A stretch of 64,000 nt of DNA, from NCBI RefSeq assembly GCF_018977255.1, contig NW_024704742.1:2854001-2918000 (forward strand), given 5' to 3'. The notes beneath the pieces are model-generated. The model had not been told where the DNA came from. It made no database searches and saw only the letters and a list, made by a program, of their open reading frames with translations. The position numbers and the translations under genes are program-made. Each line of letters starts with the position of its first letter. Position 1 is the stretch's first letter. Positions 51,259-63,370 of the stretch are shown here, piece by piece. Source of the stretch: Callorhinchus milii. Taxonomy: Eukaryota.

Positions 51259-51339
51259 ACTTCAGAGAGTTTTCAACGAATTAATACCGACCTGTCCGCT
51301 CCCTCCACTCAGCCTGCTCCACGTCTCCCTTGCGGCTCA

Positions 51340-51590
51340 CCTCACCACCATCGTTGGTCAAGCCTTCAGCCTTTCTGCCCCCACCCTTTGGAACTCCATC
51401 TCACAGTCCCTTCGCCTCCTTCAAGACCCTCCTCCTCGTTGTGCCTCAGGTCACCCTCCTACCCTCCCTGCCCTCCACCCTCCCGATCCAACCCCCAGCT
51501 CGGGTCCAAATCCTTGAGTGTTGAGCGCCTTGGGTGGTCCTCCGGACGTGAAAGGCGCTGTACAAATGTCATTTTGTTGTTGCTGATGTT
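51340..51590 (+). mobile_element. L2 3' fragment
   Basis: Translation TIVGQAFSLSAPTLWNSI and tail gagcgccttggg..cctccggacgtgaaaggcgct. Confidence 0.85.
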
Positions 51591-54336
51591 GTCCCAACAA
51601 CATTTGCTCAGTGGCACTCAGAATTTCTGGAAGCAACAAAGCAATATCACAATCTTACGCAGCCGTGTAGGAGACTGCAGAAACCACAGTAGGATAATGC
51701 ATTCTGATTCGGGACAGGGAGTGTTATTTTCCAGGAAATGTTTCAAAATAATTTTCTGTAGTTTCGTCCAGTTGTGAGTAAAAATACTTGTGTTTTTTTA
51801 AAAATATATTTGCCTCCTGTTTGCCTGCAGACGTATTGGAAGCTCTTCTGTAGCATGATCTGTAGGGGCTCTGCTTTGCGGGTTACCATCGGAATGCTAA
51901 TATTCCCCAGGATGGCATTGTTGGAATCCGAAATCAGAAATATCTTATTGCTTAAAATATTATTTTAGAACTCATTTAGAAATGCTCGTGTTTGTTAACT
52001 AACCTATGGAATGACAATCTTGAAAATAGATTGCTTGTTTGATCAGGTGTACGTTGTATACCGTAGCCTCGCCGGTATTGAAATGATTTGTAGACGCTAT
52101 AAAGCTTAATCAGAATCAGCAAAACTAGCGTTTACGTCTAAGTATGATGTACGTTACGGGTTGTTTGGTATAACTTTTAATAAATTGTTAAGTGAAAACG
52201 ACAGTATTTGTGCCTCGAAGAGTTACATTGGTTCAGAAGTAAGAACTGCGTTTATTACAGCTGCAGCTTTCTCATTAATTGTTGATGTAACTGCATTGTT
52301 TTAATCAAAATCAGCTCACGGGTACTGCACACAAGGACAGTCTCAGCTTGTTCGAACCAGACGGTAAACAACTATCAGACTTGTTAAGTACGTGACAATT
52401 CGCACAGACCATCCATTTTGGTGCTGTGAAGGGCCAACGATCAACGAGCTGTAGCTAAGCTAGACTTTGCTCAGTCAGAATTGGTCATCGCGAGGTTCGA
52501 GTCGAGAGCCGGCGTATCTTTCGCTCCTCTCGCTCTGTGAATCGAGCCACTCTTCCCGCGATTGTTCCACCGATTTCAGCAACGGTAGAAGAAAGTAAAA
52601 GGGAAAGGAGAATAACCGCTACGGCGATGCACACAGCTGAAACGCAGCTGCCAAAGACAAGGACTTTTGATTTCTTGACTTGATGCTTGCTGCTGTTATC
52701 AGCGTGGCAGTCACAGAGACAGCGCGAGCTCGCTCGGGTTTTTCGAGAAACAAAAAGCACAAGATCTTGAGATTTTCTGCCGAGGCTTATGAATTTAGGA
52801 GCTTTAATGCTGTGGCGGCAGTAACATTGCTATGTACATGAGCATAACAGCAAATATTGCTGGCAGTAACTTGCCTTTTATAACTATGTTTGTTGAACTA
52901 AAGCAACTTTTGTGCGGTATTTAAGTGAAAAGGCTTTAAAATATAAATCGCCGGTGACTTTGGTTTCTCTGTTCACTTGTCCTAACATTATCAATGGAAT
53001 AAGATGGTCTTTTCTGGCAACGCCTTTTGTGCCAGGCTGCAGCAGAACGGTTAAATCCACCATTGACTGCGCTTTCGAGCCCAACGGGATGATTATCCCA
53101 CACAATGTGTCGCACTGTGTGTTCAGCGCGAAGCTCATTAACAAATGTGACAGCCAAACACAGTGCAAGTGCAAGTTTTGTCTTACTAATGGATATAATG
53201 GGACCTATTATTTCAGTTGTGTAAACCACGTGTACAAAGAGAATTACAGAGGGAATTTATGTCATTAACAACCAGGTGATTTGGTAAAACCTTTCTATTG
53301 TATGCACTTAAGATCTTGAATTCTCTCAGTGGGGGGGCACACATATTTGGAATAAAGTGCAGGTTAACATATACAGTAGGTTGTCACGGTACAGTGCACA
53401 CTGGGCACATCCGTAATTAACTGATGAAAAATATTTCAATGTGCATCACCGACCCTTGTGCTTTCTACAGCGTCGATGTGGCTGTGAATGGCTGTGAAGT
53501 ATTCTATCATTAGGGTGAAGGGTAGCTTGCAGCTTGACGATTTCTGGCAGGATTCTTTGGTTAACACAGTAGTTAAATAATACAAGAGGTTTGTTATATT
53601 GGTACTAGTATGTGATAATGGACAGGGATTATGCAGCGACGGAGAGCTAACGTGGAGGTGAGAGGATGTATTGACGAGAGAGACCCTACAATTGATGTGT
53701 GGTTCATTGATGCTTCCTGTATAGTATCCTTTTCAAGAGCACAGGCATATTCTTCTATCAAGAGCTGGTACGCACCACTTGATAACTGTTGTGAGGGTAA
53801 CAATGACTAAACTGCCTACGTCTTCAGACATATTGAAGAGCTCCCCTCCTTAATTCCCACCTCCCACACCTCTCCATCTTTCTCCTTCCATTCCATCAGT
53901 CGGCAATCGCGTTTATATTCCACAGGACTCTCCACCTATCCTTTATACACTCCCGTATCCTTCTGCTCCCCTTCTCCCTCTTGTGTATGTCGAGCTTCCT
54001 CTTAAATGCATCGATAAGACGCAATGATTTCTTTTAATTTAAACAAAAAACCTATTTTAGTGCTGCGATTCTTTGGCATATGTCTCAGTTCGGCATTAAT
54101 ACATTAACACACGTGATACCTTGTGATTGGGATTTCATCTCAAAAGAGCCGAGAACTAAAACCAGGCGGCTCTCGATAGTAATTTATAATAAATAAGTGC
54201 AAGTTGTTGGTGTTGTCGTTGCCGTCTTGATTTGAAACTGGTTTTCCGTAAATTCTTTTAGGGACTACTAAAAAAAAGGGCCTTCTATCTTAAGACAACA
54301 GTTGACCAATTTCTGGATTCTCTCAAATGGTACATT

Positions 54337-54770
54337 AATAATAATACTCATCCTTGCATTTGGTAAAGCGCTTTATCACATCGGAAGGATGTCGCAAACC
54401 GCTTTAACAGGGTTCACCGTGAAATGGAGTGACTTTGTATGTGTAGGAAAGTGCAACAGCACAATTGCACACAGCAATGTCCCCAAAAAAGCCACGGAGT
54501 GAGTGACCAATTTTATTTGGGGGATTGTTGGCCAGGACACTGGGAGAGAGAAACTCCCTTCTCTTTTCGAATAGGTGCCATGGGATCTTTAACGTCCACC
54601 TGAACAAGCAGACGGTAACTTAGTTTAACTTCTCATCCAAAGGACGGCACCTCACAACAGTGGAACGGGCTTCCAGCACTGCGTTGGAGTGTCATCTTAG
54701 ACGACGTGATTTCAAGTCCCGACATAGGGGCTTGAATCCGCAAGCTTCTGACTCAGCGGCAAAAGTGAGC
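54337..54770 (-). mobile_element. Deu-domain SINE family B, near full length
   Basis: gtgccatgggatctttaacgtccacctg, ggacggcacctc and head complement. Confidence 0.88.
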
Positions 54771-55439
54771 CAGGGTGACACCCGACAAATGTAAGGATTA
54801 TTATTATTGCTCATCTATATCCGTAACCAATTCTATTCCCAACTGGAAACTTACCCAGCTGCTAGTCGAAGGAGTTAATCAAGATTGGGCTTCAAATGTT
54901 TTGCCTGGAATGTGTTCTGTTGAGCCAAACCCCATTCCTCCCCGGTGTAGGTTGATAGTCAGGGTGCTTTGTGCAGGTTATGCATGAAGGCAACATCACT
55001 GATTGATTACCAATTGTAATGGAATCGTTGCATATTTATTCAGTAATCTGAAGTTTATTACCAGAAAATAGCACAGTCAGTACATATTATAATGGTTTTG
55101 ATATATTAAAATGTTCTGTTAATTATGCCAATACTTGACAGGGTACTTGATTACCGAAATAATTGATCTGAGACTTACCATCATTGATCTACAGAGGATT
55201 TTCAAACATTTAATTAAGAGATTCAGTCAGTGCTCAGACAAGCAGAGACTGGAGACATTGGTTTTCGATTGATCTGTGAAGCAGCATTTACTGCTCCATA
55301 TGGTCTGAACAATGTTGGATTAGTGCTTGGATTTTCTCTATCAAGGGGAAAAATGTTCATTATAACAGCAGTGTTTTGCCATGGAGTTATAATCCATCAT
55401 AGCTCATCCATGATTCATTAAACAGAGTAGAGTCTGGTA

Positions 55440-55623
55440 ATCCACCTACACATGGAGATTTCTTGTGTAAATCGGAATGGGATGCAACCTCTCCCGAGAG
55501 GGATGCATCCCACTTACCTAATTCTGGAGAGTATTAGGCACGCGTTGGCAAGAGCCAAGGCTTGGGGACCCCAGAGAATGTGTTGACGCACTGCTGAAGT
55601 CTAACCACAAAGGCACTGCCCGG
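55440..55623 (-). repeat. Unclassified repeat F, copy 5
   Basis: Reverse complement ggggtccccaagccttggctcttgccaac..cctaatactctccagaattaggtaag. Confidence 0.75.
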
Positions 55624-55980
55624 TTCTCAAGAAAGACTCAGCATATTGATCAGAATATTGTAGGTATGAATCCCAAATTAGCTGATCTCAGCCAACCGAG
55701 CAGCCGAGGGGCTAGAGTTGCCCTTTTGCCATCGGTGCCTGATTTGGGAGGGGTACAAACTAACCAGGGCTGTATCTGGATGTCGGGTAAGGGCAGGATT
55801 GGGCTCGGCTACAAAGCTGCTGTGGTTGATTGACTTTGAGGCTCACATGTGAATTAATGAATGAATGAATGAATGAAGGTCACTTAGACAAGTTGTCCTT
55901 GGAACTGTGCCCATGTAAAAGGGTGGAGTCAAACTCCTGTAAGAAGCATGGAGGGCATCGGCGGGATTAAAACAGGTTAT

Positions 55981-56339
55981 AAATCCTTGCATTTGATGTA
56001 GTGCTTTTTCCCATCTTCTCGACGTCTCAAAACGTTTCACAGAATATACTGTAAAGTGAATTTACTGTATATTTGTGGGCGAAACGCGGCAGCCAATTGC
56101 GCACAGCAGCGTCCCACAGACAGTCGTGGATTGAGTGACCAAATATTATTCTTTTTTTAGGGATTATTATCCTCGGAAAAGCGAACCATCAACTGACTAA
56201 CAACCGGGTTCCTACTTACTCCTAGTAAACAGAGGCGTGTGGAGTAAGGAAACTTGTCCAACATTTCGCACTGCCGAGAATCGAACCCAGGTCTCTCACT
56301 TGCGAGGCGAGTGCTCTAACCACTGAGCTACAGGACTCC
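55981..56339 (-). mobile_element. SINE family A, long form, full length
   Basis: Complete head, long linker, Deu-like block and tail. Confidence 0.93.
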
Positions 56340-56494
56340 ACTAAAGTCCTGCATACAGGTTATATAAAATTGCGTACTCGGAATCTTTATTGGAAACAAT
56401 TTGTGGAATTGTATCATCATGTGAGACTGTGAGACTCTGCAGTGGCGAAATGTACTGAAAATCAGCAGTCTACTTTCTGATTTGTTTCCGCGCG

Positions 56495-56725
56495 CCTCGG
56501 TTTGCTTAGCAGTAAATAGGCGCTAATAATAATCCCTTCAAACAAATGCGGTCAGTCAATCCACGACTGTTTGTGGGGACGCTGCTGTGTGCAATTGGCT
56601 GCCCGATTTCACCCACAAGGCATACAGTCACTCCACTTTACAGTTGAAGCGCTTTGAAACGTCTTCAAGACGTGATCAGGTGCTGTCTTGAATGCAAGGG
56701 TTCTTCTTCTTATTATTATTATTCT
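56495..56725 (+). mobile_element. SINE family A, 5'-truncated
   Basis: aatccacgactgtttgtggggacgctgctgtg block and tail. Confidence 0.8.
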
Positions 56726-57038
56726 TACATCCAGCGTAAGCATTTCCGCTGCTCGCAGAGACACGGAGGCGATGTATCAGAGCCCCTTCACCACCCGTCA
56801 CTGGAATCTGCCTCTCCTGATGGGCCCTCCCTCAGAAGCTCAGCGTCCAGGGCCGTGCAATCACGATAGCGCTTGATTCTCTGTGAGTGCAGACCATGGG
56901 ATTGAGACCTCTCCTCTTTACACGCTCAAAGTCACCATTGTTCGTGCTTTTAAACGCAGGCTTTGGTTAAGGTCTGATTAGCTTTTTTTTTGCTTTAAAA
57001 GAAATAAACATATGAACGTTATTCTTTTCTGAAAAGTA

Positions 57039-58260
57039 ATAATAATAATAATAATCCTTGCATTAGATATAGCGCCTTATCACGGCTTCGAGATGTCTTA
57101 AAGCGCTTTATAGAATATACGGTCGAGTGAATTGACTGTATATTTTGTGGGTGAAACGCAGCAAAATGGACTTACGCTGAAGGAAGCAAATTCTTGTGTG
57201 TTTTGGTACCATTGCGGTAACAGGGAATGAAACCCAGTTCAAATCACTGATTGTTTCACTGCAGACACACATTTTTTCATTTCAGCGCACCTTGTTTCTG
57301 GAGCTGTTCCCTATTCCTCTGACTAATGCACTTTACAGTCCATTAGTTTGTTTCTTGGTTACCATGACAAGGTTTAGCTTTTTCTGCTGAGGATTGTTTT
57401 GCAAATGATATAAATCAAGAACTATTACTTCCTATTAATAATAATAACAATCCTTGCCTTTGGTATAGCCCCTTTCATGGTGGGAGGACATCCCAAAGGG
57501 CTTCACAAGATTTGCTATGAAGTGGAGTGACTATTTGCGGGAGCAATATATGAACGTCCAGGCTTTATATATAAAAAAATCTATTTGAGAAGGTGGGAGG
57601 AGGAGCGGGGAGGAGTGTGGGGTGGGTGAATGCCAAGTAGGAGAGCACCTTTAAATGTGCTGTATAAATAGAAGTCTAATTGTATGGCGATAGGGAAAGG
57701 GAGGAAGGGGTGGGTGGCAACAGGCATGGTTGAAGAGTTAGGCATTAAAGTGGGATTTAAAAACACATAGAGAGGGGTTGAGATGGAAACCAAGAGGGAG
57801 GGAATTCCAAAGGTTAGGGCTTGGCCACCGATGGAGATAGGGAGAGGATGACAGACAAGCAGCCGGGCCGAGTGGGCCGAGTGGCGGGGGGGCGAGCAGA
57901 GGAGTGGGATAGGAGATGATCAGAGAGATTGGGAGATGCCAGAGAATGAAGGGTTAATAATAATAATAATAATAATAAATAATAGTAATAGTTATAATAA
58001 TAATCCGGGAATGCCCAGCGAAAGCAAATCTCTGACGCAGAATCTTTCGTAAAGCGAAAGCACAGATACCTGAGACAGGAAAATACATAAAAGTAATAAC
58101 AATCCTCGCATTTGACACAGAGCCTCATCCCGTCGTTCAGACGTCTCAAAGCGCTTCGCAGGATATGTGATGGCTATGCATTTGTGGGCGAAACAGGCTT
58201 TGGCAGCCAAGCGCGCAAAGCAGTGACCCGTAAACACGCGTAGATTCAGTGGCCACAGTT
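57039..58260 (-). mobile_element. Cluster of minus-strand SINE tails (57039-57165, 57437-57540, 58092-58260) and an L2 fragment (about 57690-57950)
   Basis: Tail complements; ggagggaattccaaaggttaggg..ccaccgatgg is the L2 complement. Confidence 0.7.
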
Positions 58261-59462
58261 TTTTTTTGGGTGGGGGGGGGGGCGGGATTATGATTTATAG
58301 GTGAGGGTGAAAGCTTTGACCCTGAACCTGCTGATAGAGACGGACGTGTATGTGGTTCCTGCTTGTATTGTGTGGAGTACACACGCTCATCTTGGAGAGT
58401 CTCGCCCTAAAAAAATAGCATCTCCGGATTAGTTAACCACAGAAACCCAAGAAAAGTTGACGAAAAGTTTTAAATCAAAAAGCAACACTGTTTATTTTTC
58501 GCATCGACTAAACCGCAGGGTCTAACCTTAAAACAAAATGCTCCATTTTCACTGCGTCTTATGAGCTCAGGTCACAATCCATTTCCGTCTGTTGGTTCAG
58601 CTGACAGCTTTACAAGAACATCTTTGGAAACTAAAGTAATATATTACCCATTTGCGGGCCTATGATGCTTGGTGGGGTGGGGTGGGTTGGGGTGGGGGGG
58701 GGGGTGGTTGTGGGGAAGGCGCAGAGCAAACCTCTTTGCTCCCATACTTTCTTTCAAAAAGGTTTGTTTCACCCTCAAATCCGCAGTCAATCCACTTTAC
58801 AGTATATTCCGTGAAGGGTTTTGAGACGTCTTGATAAGGGGCTGTATCACACTGCGAGGATGATTGTTTCCTATAAAAGGAATTGCAGTAGCTTTACCAT
58901 TGAACACATCCCGCTAATAGAGTTGTTTGTTGTCGCTGGCACACTAACATGTTTTGCCTCCAAATAAAGGTCCTCCCGTGAACTGTAAAAATATAAAAAT
59001 CGCTGTTCTTGATGCAGTTTTATGAGATTTGTGCCCTGGGGACGGACATATTTACATCCACCTGTGCAAGTTTGCTTACAGCTGGTGAATCATATCCCAG
59101 AGCAACTTCATTTGCTGCAGCAGGAACCAGCCGCAGCTACTGCTCCACCACTACAGTTGTAATTTCTTTCGCACTCATATGAATTTACATCAATGACCTT
59201 CAAGCCCGAAACATTCACTTGTTTTAAGCCTGCCGTGCTCACCCAAGCGTCAGTACGCTCTTCACAGCCTCAGCAGTCAATAGCGTTTCGACTATCTTTC
59301 CTTTGGGTTAACAAAATATATATTTTTGCTTTTACGACTCCCGTCAATTTGGAGATGGGGTGGGGTGGGGTGGGGTGGGGGATGCTTGGGGCGGGGTGGC
59401 GGGGTGGGGGGGGTGGGTGTGGGGACAGATGAATTGCCTGTCCCTCTTTTCTGGTGGACCAA

Positions 59463-59801
59463 TTCCTTCAAAAAAATGGTAATTTGCACACTCAATCCAC
59501 CACTGTTTGTGAGACACTGTTGTGCGCAATTGGCAGCTGTGTTTCACCCACAAACTTTATACAGTCAATTCGCCTTACGGTATATTCTGTAAAGCATAGA
59601 ATTATATACAGCACAGAAGGAGGCCATTCGGCCCATCGTGTCAGCCCTTTGAAAGAACTGTCCAAATTAATCCCACTCCCCCGCGCTCTCCCCATAGCCC
59701 TGAAAATTTGTCGCCCCCCAAATATCTATCTAGCGCTTTGAAGATGCTCGAAAGATGTAATAAATCGCTATATCAAACGCAGGGATCATTATTATTATTA
59801 T
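59463..59801 (+). mobile_element. SINE 3' half interrupted by an antisense CR1 3' fragment (59596-59731)
   Basis: Host splits at ctgtaaagc | agcgctttg; the insert matches 49637-49790. Confidence 0.85.
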
Positions 59802-60003
59802 AATTCATCACTTGAGCGATGAACATCTATGCGTTGTCTCCCGCAAAAGTGCAACGTTTTCAACAATAGGATTGGAACAAGGAAAGGAGGAGAGCTGCAG
59901 GAAAGGAGTAGTGTTGTCTTTCTTAGGGGACTGTGCAAGATGTCAAGTCAGTTGATTTAATGAACATGAGAAATGTAAGACAGGAGTGTGAACTCTGCAG
60001 CCC

Positions 60004-60473
60004 GTGTCCACCAAACTCCGCGACCCCATCTCCCCCACTCTCGCCCGACTCCACTGGCTCCCTATCCTTCAGAGGATCCAGTTCAAGATCCTGGTCCTCA
60101 CCTATAAAGCCCTTCATGGCCTCGCCCCACCCTACCTCTGCCACCCTGCTAACCCCCTTACCATCCCGCCCGCTCCCTCCGCTCTCCCACCATTGGCGGG
60201 AGAGCCTTCAGCCACTCTGCCCCCAACCTCTGCAATTCCATCCCCCAGTCACTCCGCCTCGCTCCCTCCTTAGCCTCCTTCAAGTCCCGCCTCAGGACCC
60301 ACCTCTTCGACCATGCCATCGGCCACCCCCCCTTCCCCTCCCCTCCCTTCTCCACCCTCCCCCCCGACCCCAGCTCGGGTCTGAAATGCTGTACTCTATC
60401 CAGCGCCTTGGGATGTCCTCCCGACGTGAAAGGCGCTATAGAAATGTAATCTTGTTGTTGTTGTTGCTGTTGT
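60004..60473 (+). mobile_element. L2 LINE 3' end, best-preserved copy
   Basis: Translation RDPISPTLARLHWLPILQRIQFKILVLTYKALHGLAPPYL is the characteristic L2 ORF2 C-terminal motif; stem-loop tail and (TTG)n. Confidence 0.95.
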
Positions 60474-60493
60474 GTGAACACTGCAGATCGAAT

Positions 60494-60566
60494 TCAGCGC
60501 CTTGGGACGTCCTCCCGACGTGAAAGGCGCTCAATAAATGGAATCTTGTTGTTGTTGTTGTTGTTG
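60494..60566 (+). mobile_element. Tail-only L2 copy immediately downstream of the previous element
   Basis: cagcgccttgggacgtcctcccgacgtgaaaggcgct plus (TTG)n. Confidence 0.9.
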
Positions 60567-60824
60567 AATTGTGCGCACCTTTGTGACTCAGAACCATCCA
60601 AAATAATTAACAGGGAAAATCTTCAACAAAAAGGGCTGGAAAAAGTCGGTCAATAATACAGTGAGAGTCCAGACATATTTCGGTTCTGTAAAGCTATTTA
60701 CACGCTCCAATTATTGTCCAAGTGTCCTTTGCCGAGATTTCATGTCGAGATCTTTATTTTTAGTGTGTCGTCTTTTCCATGTGCCCCCCACACCCCCCCA
60801 TCCCATGCTCGCCACCCCCTCCAA

Positions 60825-61010
60825 CCACACACACAGACACACAGACACACACACGCACACAGATACACACACAGACACACACACAGACACACACACACAG
60901 ACACACACACGCACACGGACACACACACAGACACAGACACGCACACAGACACACACACAGACACACACACGCACACGGACACACAAACAGACACTCACAC
61001 GCACAAACAG
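60825..61010. repeat. Compound (CA)n-derived satellite
   Basis: ACACACACAG-type decamers with GC/GG interruptions. Confidence 0.95.
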
Positions 61011-61414
61011 CATATTCCTTTACCGTTGAATGTTCTGAAAAAGTACATTACAACACGTATTTCTTTATTTCAAAGATGGAACTGCCCCTTTACCTCGTCG
61101 CGCAAAACAAGCTGCTTCTCTTTATCTTATTGAAGTCGGTGATAATTGTATTACAGTGTCTCACCACCACCCCCCACCCCCCAAAATGATGCCACTGCGA
61201 GCAATTCTGGCGTGAAAGTCTTTCACGAAAGTAATGCATCACCTTAAATGCTTTCTCTTTAATTCTTTACGATTATTTCAGCTCTTTGTGGAGGGCAGTT
61301 AACAGGTCAGCAGGATTGCTGGGATGGGGGGCAATAGTAAGTCAAAACCCAGGAAAAGGCCATGGGTCGAGTCGGGATGAGAGGGTTAGGGTGCAATGGA
61401 TATGGGGAGGGGTC

Positions 61415-61478
61415 ACAACAACAACAACAACAACAAGATTACACTTGTACACAGCGCCTTTCAGGTCGGGAGGACGCC
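61415..61478 (-). mobile_element. Tail-only L2 copy
   Basis: (CAA)n plus cagcgcctttcaggtcgggaggacg. Confidence 0.8.
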
Positions 61479-62061
61479 TGTCTAACAGCACACGCCATGT
61501 GTCACACTGCCTTCTTCTGCACTGCAAATGTCTATCGTACTATTAGCGCAACAGTGCGAGTTTCCCTGGTGACGCTCATAGCCACGCAGTAATAGACCTT
61601 GTCAGAGCAGACTGTCCTTGGAACTGGGAGTGGTTGCAAACTGCACCCCCCCCCCCCCCCCCAATTATTACTCATTATAAAGTAATAATGAGAGTGGTAA
61701 CCTGCCTGCCTCTAATTCTATCACCCGTCTAACATGATGCAGAGACCTATCTAGGTCTTAAAGTACTTCATGGTGTAAATAATACAGGTTGGCATTTGAA
61801 GTTAACTTGATCAATGCTTTACCTCACAGGTATTAAAACTTTACCGCCCGTTGCAGAGATCTGTCTAGGTTTTAAAGCACTTTATGGTGGAAATAACACA
61901 AGTTTGAAGAGGGTGGTAAAGATTCAATACCTGTGAGGCAAAGCATCAATAAGGTTAACTTCAGATAGTTCCCATTATCTTTCTCCAGATGGTGTTTACT
62001 GAATCCTAATGAGATGGTCGCTTTTTTTTTAAGTCGGAGGCCTTAATAAAATGCTGGTATA

Positions 62062-62500
62062 TAATAATGATAATAATAATTATAATAATCCTTGCATTTG
62101 ATATGGCGCCTTATCACGTCTTCAAGACGCCTCAAAACGCTTCACAGAATACACTGTCAAGTGGAGTGACTGTGTGTTTTATGTACAATATATATTATAT
62201 GTGCAACAAGAGCATACAATAATAGAAGTTACTTCTCACAATCATCTTTCACGTCAGGAAGATGTCTCAAAGTGCTTGTTGGCTGCTGCCCGGGCACCCG
62301 ATCTAGGGGTGGGAGCCGAAGAGAGTGAGGAGGGGAAAGGTGGCCCAAAAAAGCACGGTCAGAGAGGTATGTGTTGAGATGGGTTTTGAACATAGGAGGG
62401 ATGGAGGAATTCACGCACACAGATGGAGTTCCAGAGAGCGGGGGCAGAATGAATGCCAGCCCACCCGCTGATGGTGGGGCTGATCGGGCAGGAGGCATGA
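62062..62500 (-). mobile_element. SINE tail (62062-62180) and L2 3' fragment (about 62230-62500)
   Basis: Tail complement; translation FKTHLNTYLSDRAF. Confidence 0.8.
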
Positions 62501-62929
62501 AGCAGACCAGTGTTTGCTGAGCGAAAGGGAACAACCAGGTCAATGAGGTTGTAGAAGCTCACAGAGGTATTGTGGGGCAAGGCCACGGATGTATATTTTG
62601 TGAGAATCAACGTAATAACCAAAAATTGCTGCACCACTGCGCAAGGTTGAGGATGCCTCAGTCTAAAGAAGTTCCGACAAATTCAGTGTGTAAAATTGCC
62701 TTCTTTAGCAAAAAAGCTGCTTGTAAATTGGAATATAACTACGTGCTATTGTGAATACTGAATGGTTACATGTGGAGTGGAAAAAAGGTGGGGACAAAAG
62801 AGAGTAAACTCCAGTGAAAAATAAAAATGTTTACATTTGTTATAGCACCTCTCGCAGTGGGAGGATGCTTTCACGTGCTTCGCAAGTTGCATTGGAAGAT
62901 GTAGTGTTTTATTTAGTCAACCAATTTGC

Positions 62930-63370
62930 ACAGTTGGTAGCACTCATTCCTCTGAGTCAGAAGGTTTGTGTTCAAGGCCCATTTCGGGACTGTCAATGCT
63001 GATGCCAACATAGTGGTGCGAGAGCGCTGAATCATTGGAGGTGCCGTCCTTCGGATTAGGTGTTAAGACATTGATGAGATTCCATCTGCCTGTTCAAGTG
63101 AATGTTAAAAGATCCTATGGCACTAATTGACAAGCGGAGGGAGCTTCTCCCAGTGTCCTGGCTGGCAATCCCCAGATAAAAATTGGTCATTCACTTCATC
63201 GCTGTTTTTAGGGCACTGCTGTGAGAAAATTGGCTTCCAAGTTTGTCCACAAAATATTGATGTTGTTACACTTTCGGTAAATCCTGACATGGTCCCAAAG
63301 TGAAAGGTACTATATACCAAAGGCAAAGAGCATCATTACTATGATATAAAATGTAAGGATTATTATTACA
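62930..63370 (+). mobile_element. Deu-domain SINE family B, near full length
   Basis: ggtagcactcattcctctgagtcagaagg head; ggaggtgccgtccttcggat; aaaagatcctatggcacta. Confidence 0.88.

Noticed and set aside
59933..60523. 196-aa Pro/Ser-rich ORF
   Set aside because: Alternative frame of the L2 3' fragment.
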